DNA of 64,000 nucleotides from Paragordius varius (taxonomy: Eukaryota; Animalia; Nematomorpha): contig OZ176054.1 in the NCBI GenBank assembly GCA_964247055.1, positions 7,750,001-7,814,000 on the forward strand. Direction: 5' to 3'. This document shows positions 1 to 15,030 of this stretch, in pieces (the stretch's first letter is position 1; each line of letters begins with the position of its first letter). Under the pieces are notes generated by a model. The model was not told where the DNA came from, made no database searches, and saw nothing but the letters and a program-made list of their open reading frames with translations. The position numbers and the translations under genes are program-made.

Positions 1-264
1 GTATATATGATAGAAAATGTAGCCGGAACAACTACTAAATTTTTCAAAACAGTGTAAATACTATAATAATATTGTTTCGGTTCCAAATCCTTTATTCTGT
101 AAAACACCTTAAGTTTCAAAAATTTAAGCTTTGCATGGCTAATTAGAAATTTATTAAATGAGAAAAATGTTATAAATCGGTGCATTTATTTTGTGATTTA
201 TTTATATAATTATTTAAAGCCATCGATTATAACATAACTGTTTATATTTGCTGGAATGAATGTT

Positions 265-505
265 CAGAGGCGTAGCTTGCATTTCTGGCGCCTTGGCGCA
301 TGAAACTGTGATGGCGCCCCCTCCATGCGACCCCTTGCATTTTAAAAAATAATCAAAATCGAACCTGGGTGATTTATGTATTATTTGAAATAATAACTTT
401 TAAATATCCATTTTTTGAAATAAATTTAACAAATTTTAATATCCGGCGTCCCTTTTAACTATGGCGGTGCATCAGCCTCCCTTACCCCCTCTAGCTACGC
501 TTCTG
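265..505. mobile_element. hAT-type MITE, family 1 (CAGAGGCGTAGC termini), copy 1
   Basis: Terminal inverted repeats CAGAGGCGTAGC / GCTACGCTTCTG. Flanks tgaatgtt (257-264) and ggaatgtt (506-513) form an 8-bp TSD with 7/8 match. Related copy at 42787-43052. Confidence 0.8.
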
Positions 506-1352
506 GGAATGTTATTTTCGTATTTTGAACATGAGCCCATCAATATAAGTAGCTAATTGAATTATACCAATATAGAGTAAATAATTAAAATATATTTAAA
601 TTTTTTAAATATTTTATTTTTTTAATTATATCAATTATATGATTTGTCAATAAACGGGTCGTGTTTTTTAGACGGTTTCAGTTTTATATTTCGAAACCGT
701 TTCCAAAATTGTTTTCAAAATAACAGAATTCTTGTCGGTTTTCATCGAAATTGATAAGTTATTTAAAAAATAAGTATAAAATTAAAGGCCATATAGTTAT
801 ATATGAGGCAAATTTTTGTGAAAGTTTGAAAAGATCTTTTGGTATATTTATAGTAATTATTATGATTAAAAACTGTATGACCATATATCGTTTCATGAAA
901 AATTATAACCCCGAAATGATTTGTAAAATTTCATATAAAACAAAGTTTTAATTACTTTTAAATAAAGCTGAAATATGGAATTAATAATATTTAAAAAACA
1001 AAGTAAATATAAAAAAATTAAAACATATCTCATAGCCATTGTTTTCAAATGGAAACTCGCTTAAAGGGTAAATTGTATGTAATGCACCGTTGTTTAAATT
1101 TATATGGTTGCAAAACCAGCTTTTAAAGCAAAAATTGATAAAAAAGCAATTTTGTTTTTTAAATTTATTTTAAGTTTCCTACAATTAATTTACCCTTTTC
1201 TAAATCCCAAAATAAACACACATTCATTTAAGTTTGACTGGTATTTATAAGTGGTCACAATCACGATCTTAAATGTATTGATACCGTTAAGACGCTGTTT
1301 TCAAAATTTTTAGTTTTTAACCATTGTGTATGCTAATATTATTGAATTTTAG

Positions 1353-4337
<2,985 letters not shown>

Positions 4338-5697
4338 TTTATAATGTTGGCGATGAAAATCAATAATTAATAACCTTACTATTATAATTTCAATTATTAT
4401 TTCAATAATTATTATTATTTTAGTTTGTACCTACAATAATTTTGATGGACAAATAAAAATTAACGTTCCGGAAAATTTAATTTATCTTATGTAAAAGTAT
4501 TGATTTTATGTTGTCCTGGTAAAAAGAGCGATTTAAATCAATAAATTTGTATATTATAATAATAAAACATAAATGTGAAGGCTTATTATAATTTGTATAG
4601 GTTTTATAAATATATATCAATATGCGCCTTATGTAATTAAATCACTTTTTTGACCTGTGTTTAGCCCTCCCTCTTCCAAAATGGGGTTTTCAAAATTTTA
4701 CCAAAGATCGTGTTTTCAGATCGATTTTCGGGATATACAGGGCAAACAATGCCAAATTATATTTTTTTGAAATACCATGCTTAACCTAATCAGCCCTCCC
4801 ATAAAATTTACAAACGATGACTTAGCAAAAAAGTACCGGAAACTATATACTATTAATACTAGTCCTAAGTATTTCTCATGCAAAGGTAAAGATAATAGTC
4901 AAGCGCTTTTGTAAATAGCCCCTGAGTAAAACATCTCATGTAAAATACGCTTTCGCACAAAATAATCGTGACTTTGGAACTTTTTTGGAAGTTTGCGACT
5001 TGAAATAAATAACGGTCGTATATTTTCCTTTAAGCCGCTCGGCTGATGTCGCCTTTTGGGTAACCCATAGGTAGTTCCATCATCACCCCAAATATTTTTA
5101 GACCTAACTGTGTAAAACCTATTTGAATACGCTCCACATATCGTGACTTGGCAATTTTTCTAAAACGTTTGTAACCATGTGAATTTAATAAAAAAATGCG
5201 TGAATGCAGAAGGCTTATTATAAAAATTAATATTATGAGGTAAGTATAGGTTATAAAATGAATTGAACAGATGAAAAACCGGATAAGCTGTATCTTAAAT
5301 ATTCAAATGTTATTACTACGATAATCTTATTTAGCAAGTTTTTTTTGATTTTTTTTATCAAAAAGCCGCATATATACTAATTTTGGCCATTTCTAGGTCA
5401 TTGTAAAAATATTTTAAAATGTTAATTAATTTATAATTATGTATTATTTATTGGAATAAACCCTAACCTATATACAAAAAAGTAAAGTGCATTATTAAAC
5501 TCGAGAAATATTATGAAAAAGTGGTATTGTGAATACAAATGAAGAGGTATATTACAAAAAATAACTATATTTACTAAAAGTGTGATGGATTTGATTAAAT
5601 TGTGATAAATTGTATAATATATTGTTGCACATCATCACAAAAAATATCATATAATATTTTTGATCCCATGGAGAGTATTATTGCAGTGCATAAACTG

Positions 5698-6075
5698 TTA
5701 GTCCATCGATTTTTTATGAATGAAATTCCATTTATCACCTAATTGCCACGATATTTATAAATAAAAATTGGAATTTCATCTATATTCATGGAATACATTA
5801 ATATAGAATGATTATATCTATCATTAAATATTTATATATCAAAACAATATTTTTTTATGAATTCTAAAGCAAAATATCCAAATAACTTTTATTTCATGGG
5901 TAAAAAACAATAATTTTTAATTTTTTATAAATCCATTCCATTTATCAACTAATCATCATAAATATTTATATTAATTAGATAATTTTTTTATCTTTTCCCA
6001 GAATATTTAAAAACAAAGATTTTTCAAACGAGATATCAAAATATTGAAAAATCATAAACTAAAAAATGAAAAGGG

Positions 6076-6117
<42 letters not shown>

Positions 6118-8272
6118 ATTTGGATGTTCGAATTCGGGATAGGCCATCTGAAATTCTGGTTGCGAATTAACAAAACTTTTAGCTTCCGCTGGCGTGGTTA
6201 AATTAAAGGCATAATCAGTGTTTGTCAAATTTTTGCTAAAAAATAATGTAGTAATTTAAATTAATTGGTTGGACCAAAATATTACGATATGTAAAAATAT
6301 TTTTCTAAATCAGTTATTAATTACCAACATATTTCTTCAACGTTGCTAGGACTTTTAATCAAGCGTTTCCAGGATTCGTGAACTTCTTCAATCAATTTTA
6401 AAGTATACTCCTAAATGGAGAATATGGTTAGAAAGGGTAGGTAAAAAAATCAAGACTCTAAATTGTGTGCTACCTCGAAATAATTCATATTTATAATTAT
6501 TTCTACTTTATGGTTTATTGAGACGAGTTTTTATGTAACACATGTCTTTGTGTACAATTAATGTTTTTACAGATTATTACGAAACTGGCCTTTGCCGTTA
6601 GCGCATGTTCCAGCCAACACCGCGGGGAGTTGGAAATAAGACTTTGACGGCCCAACCCACGGATATATTTGATGATATCCTTATTGAGTTTTTATTTGTT
6701 TATGGCTTATTTGGGCCCAGCAAAATAACAAAGGTTGATTTAATATTGTCAACGAAAACGAATATTTTATGTTAAAATAATAATTTGAATTCTAGTAAAA
6801 TTTATTTAATTAAACTATATCCAAAATTTTCGATACATGGGAATATCTTTTTCAATGGATATTAACTAAAACAAAAGAAAATAATAATAAGTTATAATTA
6901 AAACAAAATTTAAAAAATATAATTATAAATTATGATAACAAAACTCGGAAAAGTGTACACAAAGATCAGCATAAACTAATTAGTTAATTAAATATAATGT
7001 AAATAAAGCATAGGATATCTAAAAAATTAAACTTATAATAATCACCTTATTTTTGTATTCGCCATTGAAACCAAATTTATTTTCACTTTTCCCAGCTGGT
7101 ATTTTATAATATCTAAACCATTCTACAGATCCCTATTATATATAAAATATTCAGAATATGTTTTGATAGCATAAAAACAAAATATTTACCTTCAGATACC
7201 CGGGCATATATTTTTCAACATCTTCGATATCTAAATATTAAAATTTAAATTTGTTATATTTAAAATTATAAAAATAATAAAAAATAATATAAAAAACCAT
7301 TTAATTTGCTAGCCATTTCATCTTGCGTACGTATAGTAACAATTTTCCAGTCCGTCTCTCCTTGAAAGATAAATAAAGATGTTTATTATATTAAGATAAG
7401 ATAATAAAATTTCGATATCTATCACATGCTAAAATTTAAAAGTTTTAGAGATATATAGAACGTCCGATATCAGACAAATAAATATATTTTTTGGGCAGGT
7501 GATATTAATTATAATTGGGGTTTTGTAGCATTTCATTAAATAATTTTTATATTTTTTAAAAGATAGAATTGTTTTTATGTAGAAATTAATTATAAAGAAA
7601 TATAAATATTTTAAAAACCTTGATCAAGTAGGCAGAGAGCACCCAAAACCTTAACCTCGACAACTTCACCAGATCTTAAAATTCTTGAACCAATTTCTAA
7701 AACATCTATGGGATCGTTATCTCCACGGCAGTGAGTATCAGGATTTATATAAGCTGGATCTTCCCAAGTCTAAATTAAGAACAACAAGGTATTCAAATTT
7801 ATTATAAGTGAATATAATTTAATTAACCTGAGGTAAAGCACCGTAATTCCAAATGTAACCTGTGTATGGAAACACATTATCCACATACCGAGGTACACCA
7901 CTTTTGGTATCTTGGTGAATGGGATTTAAATATTCCTTTGTAGATATCTTAAAATAAAATAATTATAAACTTCAAATTTAGCCGTTGACCACCTAGGAAT
8001 TTCCACAACCATATTAAAAGTATTATCCACTCTATTGTGATGAAGAGGAATGTCATGAAAAGGGGATATGTAATGACCATGTTCATTAACTAAATATAAA
8101 ATTACATCTTACCAAAAAATAATTTATAATCAGTAGTGTAAATTTTTCCAGTTGGAACTGTTTGTACCATTTTCTTCAAAGGTGTATGACTTTGATATGT
8201 ACCTGACAATGTAAACACGTTAAACACCCTCGGCAATGTACTAATGATCCGACGGTCGAAAAGGGATTTCAT
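5698..8272 (-). CDS. PPA1: Family I soluble inorganic pyrophosphatase (PPA1/PPA2-like)
   Basis: Exons (minus) 8272-8113, 8089-7971 ([21 protein letters not shown]), 7947-7828 ([14 protein letters not shown]), 7769-7619 ([29 protein letters not shown]), 7360-7298 (ETDWK), 7230-7190, 7132-7046 ([14 protein letters not shown]), 6410-6325, 6235-6117, and last exon 5948-5917 or 5738-5698. Contains the DxDPxD catalytic motif. Confidence 0.95.
6079..6115. repeat. (TA)n microsatellite directly after a splice donor of the pyrophosphatase gene
   Basis: Pure TA run; on the minus strand the exon ends AATG|GTATATATA... Confidence 0.95.
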
Positions 8273-8471
8273 GCGTTGAAAGAGTATATTATTCAAACAA
8301 TGTTTACATATAAAAAGTATTATTTTTATTTTGCCTGCAATATACTTTATTTATAAAGGGGTATAATTTACCTCATAGTTCAATTTTAAGCAGGCAACTT
8401 TTATATACAATTTATCTGAATAATTTTACCATATCAAATGCAAATCTTAAATAAAAAAATATGTGAATTAA

Positions 8472-9030
8472 CACTTCGATTCAAATTGGGGTATCTAAAT
8501 ACCCCAGACTAAATTTAAGTTAGATTAAAAAAGAAGAAAACGGTCCCAATTTAAATGTATGCTTCTATCCTAATAAAAATTATAAAAATATGCCAAAATT
8601 TTAAATACAATTTTGTTTTAAAAAAAATGCTCCATGTCAAACTACTTCGACGCCATTTTTATTTTACAAAATTTTTGCAAAATCTCGTCTTCTTTTAATT
8701 TTAAGGGTAAAATTAAAGTTAATTTTTTATTTAAATTACATCTAAGATTGATAGAAATAAAAAAGCGGTTTATTTTGTATTAATATTCAATTTTACTATT
8801 GTACACATGTCACATTGATTAAATTTTTACATTTTTAGCTTAAAATAAGGAATATCGGTATTTTGGAATAATGTTTTTTATATTATTTCGGTTTATTAAT
8901 GTTATTGTGCAAAATTTTGCCATGGTTTTCCTTCCATATTTTATAAAGAATTTAATTTTAAACAGGCCTGGGTAATCCAACTACACCAATTTGAATCGAA
9001 GGACTGAAATGAATGCGTTGTATCCAAGTG
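8472..9030 (+). mobile_element. piggyBac-like MITE, copy 1
   Basis: TTAA TSD at 8468-8471 and 9031-9034. Termini CACTTCGAT / ATCCAAGTG. Subterminal inverted repeat TTCGATTCAAATTGG at unequal distances from the two ends. Confidence 0.85.
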
Positions 9031-9522
9031 TTAAATTAAATTAAAATTTTACACTCTAAGCACATTAGAACAAAAATATTACCATACTTTTGATATAAAG
9101 ACAATTTGGGTAAATTTTGACTAATAAGCTTAAATTTGATTTAACAATATAATAAAAGGTGTTTTGTCCAAAACATAATAATTCATTATATTTAAATATT
9201 AACACTTCACCTTTTTATTTAGTCTATCAAATTTTAAGTATTGTCAAAGCTTTAGTTATCTATTGGTTTGGAATATTTTATCATTGTCCTCCTGTAATAC
9301 TAAACCGTGGACCAGTGGCCGCATTCAGCTTAAAAATGTTTTTTTATGCCCTGAATTTTTATTACATTTTTTATGTATATCTGGAAGAAATATCTGCAAT
9401 TGTGTCAAACAGCTATGAAATGTTTATTGGCATTATGGCTCTTGAAAAAGGAAAAATTTTCGGCCCAATAAAATTTTTGGTTAGTATCACTATTCTAGAA
9501 TCCGAATTTTGGATGTCTTTAA

Positions 9523-10095
9523 CACTTCGATTCAAAGTGGGGTATCTAAATACCCCAGACTAAATTTGAGTTGGGATTTTTATGAAACTACTGAAGGAAA
9601 CGGTCCGAATTTATATTTATGCTTCTATCCTAATTAAAATTATATAAATATGCCAATATCTAAGTAAAATTTTGTTTTGAAAAAAAAGTTCCATGTCAAA
9701 CTTCTTCGCGCCATTTCTATTTTACAAAATTTTTGCAGAATAATGTCTTCATTTAATTTTAAGGGTGATTAAGGCTGATTTTTTATTTAAATTACATCTA
9801 ACATTGATATAATTAGAAAAAGCGGTTTATTTTGTATTATTTTTTAATTTTACCATTTCACACATGTCACATTGGCCAAATTTTTACCTTTCGGTAGCTT
9901 AAAATAAGTTATATCAGTATTTTTGAATAAATATTTTTATATATATCGGGTTATTAATATTATATAAGTGCAAAATTTTGCCATGGTTTCGATTCCTTCC
10001 ATATTTTATAAAGAATTTAATTTTAAACAGGCCTGGGGTATTTAACTACTCCAATTTGAATCGAAGGACTAAAATGAATGTGTTGTATCCAAGTG
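9523..10095 (+). mobile_element. piggyBac-like MITE, copy 2
   Basis: TTAA at 9519-9522 and 10096-10099; collinear with 8472-9030 over its length. Confidence 0.85.
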
Positions 10096-10249
10096 TTAAA
10101 CCCGATTGAAACAAACAACTGACTTCGTTGTTAATCCTTCACCTTGTTTTAAAACAAATTAATATTTTACCGGTATTTGTACGGCTTTTTGGTTAATACT
10201 CCACTACTTGGAAATTTTATTTTATTGTAATTTTTATTCTTTTCCAAAA

Positions 10250-10650
10250 TAAAAGATTAAATTTATTATATCTCATAAACCAGATGGCAAAAAAATGAAA
10301 AAATAAAAACAATATTTTATTAATTTTATTTTGATATATAAATTATTTTAACTGTATAAAATATGAATCCTAAGATTTTAATAGTGAGATTAGCTAGAAA
10401 ATAATTAAAACAATATTTTTATATATATAAATAAAAAATTTATGTATATAAATTGTATTATGGACAAACATGATTTTTTGATCTGAACCTAGTTATATAT
10501 TTTTAAGTTATTTAAAAATTGTTAATATCCGATAAAAAAATAATAAATTTTACTAACTTTCCTTAATTTTCACTTTTTGGCCGATTCCGATTTTCGCTCA
10601 ACATAAAAACTTGGTCGCCAACAAAAAAATTTTCCGGCAAATACCGCAAA
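10250..10650. repeat. Orphan diverged copy of one arm of the 11001-12190 foldback element
   Basis: Blocks CTCATAAACCAGATG, TAAGATTTTAATAGTGAG and CTTAATTTTCACTTTTTG match 11700-12120 in direct orientation. Boundaries approximate. Confidence 0.65.
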
Positions 10651-11000
10651 TTTAGACAAACCAAAAAATAACCAAAACTATCATATCTATGAAATTTAGT
10701 AAATTCAACTGCATATGGTATTCTTAACCAAAACTCACAGAAAAGGAATAGAGTAATAGAAAGGCAGGGTAGAATAATTACAAGCAATTAGGTGCTTGAA
10801 GAGTCTTATAAAATAAGCTGTGAAATCACAATATAATAAATTAGATCGCTCTTTTATGCACCAAAAAAATTTAGTATGGGTCTAAATATAGGTGGCAACT
10901 CACTAGAATTGGATAAGTAAAATCATCATAGATAGCATGGTCTCAAAAAACGATAGATGCTATATACGCATCAATACATTTTTAAGTAAACCCATATATA

Positions 11001-12190
11001 CACTGTGCAAAAAAAATTTTATTTTCATGAGATAGCTTATGACCAGCGTATTCATTTGTCGCAAAAATATTTGTTTACGACCTAATTTAAAATAAAAATC
11101 GAAATTGGGCAAAACGTGAAAATTATGGATAATTAGATAATTCAAAAATAATAATAAAAGTTGAGATATTATGGTTTATTATAATTTTAAGAGATATTTT
11201 TAATAATAGCCTATAATCATATAGTTAGAATTTCTATAAAATCTCGGTTCAAAAGATGGCGTTTTTCTTTTAACACACTTATAAGACAAAAATTTTTTAT
11301 GAAACTATATTAATTTTTTTTGATTATCCATTAACTAAACTCACTATTAGAATCTTAACATTCAACTTTTATTCAGTATAAAAAACTTATATATTAAAAT
11401 AAAAATAACAATTATTGTTTTTTATATTTTCATTTTTTTGTTTCTCGGTTTATGACGGTATAAAAAATTTAATGTATTATTTTGAAATTTTGCGAAAATG
11501 ATAAATTGATACAAAATAAAATTTACAAGTAATGAAAAATCAACCAAAAATCGATATCCCAATAAAAATATTAATTTGTGTTAAAACAAATTTTTTACAA
11601 GGATTTTTGGTTGATATTCCACTATTTTTAAATCCTATTTTACATAAATAATATAGTTTATGATTCCCACTCATGTAAGATTCAAATTAAACAGTATTAA
11701 TTCTGATACACTCATAAACCAGATGACAAAAAAATGAAAAATAAAAAACAATATTTTTTAGTATTCTGATATATAAGTTTTTTTTACTGAATAAAATATG
11801 AATTCTAAGATTTTAATAGTGAGTTTAGCTAGTAATAAAAAAATTATTTTAATTTAATTTCATAAATAATTTTTGTCTTTTGAATGTGTTTTAAGAAAAA
11901 CGCTATCTTTTGAACTGAGATTTTATAAATACCCTAACTATATGATTTTAGGCCATTTATATATTAATAATATCTCCTAAAATGATAATAAACCATATTA
12001 TCTCAACTTTTATTATTATTTTTTGAAGTATCCTTAATTATACTTAATTTTCACTTTTTGCCCGATTTCGATTCTCTCATAATATTTCAAAAACTAGGTC
12101 GTCAACAAATTAAAATTTTTGCGGCGAATGAATTCGGAGCTATCTCATGAAAAATTTAGTTAAAAAAATTGACCCTCTTTTTGCACACAG
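11001..12190. mobile_element. Foldback element with CACTG terminus (CMC/CACTA-like, non-autonomous)
   Basis: Left end CACTGTGCAAAA, right end TTTTGCACACAG. About 11010-11460 is a diverged reverse complement of about 11710-12160 (e.g. TTTTCATGAGATAGC / GCTATCTCATGAAAA). No convincing TSD. Confidence 0.65.
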
Positions 12191-12197
12191 ATATATA

Positions 12198-13666
12198 CCA
12201 TTTCCCAGTCTAAATAAACGTTTTCCCAGTCAATCGAAACATTTTCCCAATCAATCAAAACGTTTTCCCAGTCAATCGAAACGTTTTCTCAGTCAATCGA
12301 AACATTTTCTCAGTCAATCGAAACGTTTTCCCAGTCAATCGAAACATTTTCCCAGTCAATAAAAACATTTTCCCAATCAATAAAAACGTTTTCCCAGTCA
12401 ATAAAAACGGTTTTATTTTTGATGATATATATCAAAACAAGAATATAAAAACAACCTTTAACCATTATTATCGTAATATTAGGATATAATTTTATATAAA
12501 AACACAAATACTGAATGACAATTTTTCCAAGTATATTCCAGTGCACAATCATTAATGGCTTATTCTTTAAATGTTATATTTTTGGAATTTGAGTTAAGAT
12601 ATTTTTTTTATTTTATCGATGGTTCTCATTAATATATGCGGCTAACTTAAAAAATCTATAGTTACGGAGTAATTAATAAAATTTATAAAAATATACCATT
12701 TTTATCACAAAGGTCATTTAACACTTTATATTGGATCTTAAACATAAATTTTACGCTAACATAAATTTTACGCTAATTTTATAATCTTTATCATTTGGTT
12801 CATCGGGGACCTAAGACGGCCTTCCGAGTATCTTTGTGCGGGCCGCAAAAAATTTGGAAAACCATATGCAAAAATATGCCCACAAAATCTTAGTAATATT
12901 CATATTTCTTACGCAATTATTATGAATAAATCTATTAAATTGGTAATGAATTAAAAAAAATTGTTATATTGTGTTTGTATTTTACAGTCTAATAAAATTA
13001 TGTGAATGCCCTTATATATTTCGAATGGGGAACCGTGTGCTTTTTGAGTTAAACGTTCCGCGAAGGCATTTAATTGGACACCCTTGTTTTAGTCAAATAT
13101 CCTTTTTATTAAATATTTTTAAATCAAAACATTTTTATCAAAAAAATTTTCGTTAAGATATATTTTCCGACAGTATTTTTATCGACAAACCGGACATATT
13201 TAAAAACTATTGTGAAGCATTCTGCAAATATTAATGCGAACCATCGATAAAATAAACAATATTATCTTAACTCTAATTCCAAAAATATAACATTTAAAGA
13301 ATAAGCCATTAATGATTGTGCACTGGAATATACTTGGAAAAATTGTCATTCAGTATTTGTGTTTTTATATAAAATTATATCCTAATATTACGATAATAAT
13401 GGTTAAAAGTTGTTTTTATATTCTTGTTTTGATATATATCATCAAAAATAAAACCGTTTTTATTGACTGGGAAAACGTTTTTATTGATTGGGAAAATGTT
13501 TTTATTGACTGGGAAAATGTTTCGATTGACTGGGAAAACGTTTCGATTGACTGAGAAAATGTTTCGATTGACTGAGAAAACGTTTCGATTGACTGGGAAA
13601 ACGTTTTGATTGATTGGAAAAATGTTTCGATTGACTGGGAAAACGTTTATTTAGACTGGGAAATGG
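12198..13666. mobile_element. CCATTT-ended foldback element, family A, with ~440-bp near-perfect inverted arms
   Basis: TATATA|CCATTTCCCAGTC ... GACTGGGAAATGG|TATATA. Arms about 12198-12635 and 13228-13666, each with about nine copies of a 21-bp unit (CCCAGTCAATCGAAACGTTTT). Explains the mirror-image ORFs 12310-12552(-) and 13312-13554(+). Confidence 0.9.
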
Positions 13667-15030
13667 TATATATATTACAATAATGTAGAATGTTAGCTTT
13701 GAACCAATTTTAAGGAAAACTTGTTGTTAGCCCATTGAAATACCAAAGTGTATTTTTTTGAACATCTACTAAGCAAGGGTGTTTGAAACGTGTTTTTTAT
13801 TAACCCATTAGTTTTGCCCCCATGTGAAAATAACGGTTTTTGAAATAGTGGCATTAAAAGAATTTTCCGAAAAACATGGGAATTGTTTAATCTTTTGCGA
13901 GTGGGCTGAGGATATCAAAGCTGTTTTTTTGAATTAGCCTCTTGCGGTACAGCCATCCTTATAGAGTTTTTGAAAAAGTAAAACACTCCAATTTGCAATC
14001 CGAAAAGTTTAAGACCCATTGGAATTCAATGATATTTTTTTCATTTTTTTATCAAATGCCTAGCGTGAAAGAGCTATTTTATAAATTAAGTGCACCCTCT
14101 TCAATATACGCCTAAAAGTCATCGTGACAATAAAACGAATTTCTGGGATTTGCACAGCCTGATTTTATACATTACTTTTATTAATGCCTTCATAGTAGAA
14201 TTTTTTATGGCTCTTGAATTCAGTCCTATGTGGAGAAATAGTCCTATCAATTTATTAACCAATTTTTTGATAACCAAAATTTTAAAATAAGTTTGATAAC
14301 AGAAAGAGGTAACTTTAATAAAAACAGTTTAAATATAAACTTTGTGTAATAAGTAAAAATTAATTATGAATGCTTAAAAGTTTGTTAATATTTTTTAGTG
14401 AAATATGTTTGGATTTCATTAACATTCAAATTACCTCTCTGTTTATTGCAAATTTTGATTAAGTCGTTCACGAAAATCGCTATTATAGCGACGCCAGACA
14501 GCGACAAGCTGTATAAATAATTGTTTAAAGCTAGCTTTGATGCATATTCCTGGGCACCGTAAAGGTCTATCCAAATGCTACCTAAACGCAGATTATAACG
14601 ATTCCTTTTTAAATTAGTTTCTAGATTTAGTATCACTCTATAGAAGCGTAAGCGACACATCCATTTATATGCGTTAGCTAATTTTAAAATATCTAATTTT
14701 GAGCTCAGCTTAACACAGAGTGTTTTTCAAAGCTCAGGTTTTCGGCCCATTCATAAATGAAAACGGGGAAAATGCGACAAATATTTGAATCTTGTATAGA
14801 AGCTCTCATCAAATTAATGGCCATTCATAATTTCCTATTATGGCGACACTTATACCCTTACAAAAGCTATTGTTTTAATTTCAATGTAAAATAAAAACAT
14901 TCATAATACATTAATGGATAAAATGCCTTATAATATAATAATAATTTATTTACTATATTAATAAATAAAATATTTTTTTCTATTTTAATATATAAATCAT
15001 AAATACGGGTCTAACTACAAAAAGTTCTGA

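Noticed and set aside
751-1067. ORF 751-951 or ATG 1049 (METRLK, phase-compatible donor at 1068) as first exon of the protease
   Set aside because: Neither gives a convincing signal peptide joined by good splice sites, so the 5' end is left unresolved.
4900-5170. GC-richer patch between the protease and PPase 3' ends as a gene
   Set aside because: Frames are interrupted by stops and it contains an internal duplication (AAGTCACGAT..AGCGTATT). It is more likely repeat debris; only the 5035-5069 micro-exon idea is kept, at low confidence.
6108-6125. TATACCATTT looked like another CCATTT-element terminus
   Set aside because: It is the minus-strand PPase exon end and donor (AAATG|GTATA) followed by a TA run. 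There are no subterminal repeats and no partner end.
12147-13554. ORFs with SQSKRF and IDWENV repeats, and the 21-bp arrays as a CRISPR-like locus
   Set aside because: These are translations of tandem repeats in transposon arms. The units are contiguous with no unique spacers, there are no cas genes, and the DNA is eukaryotic.
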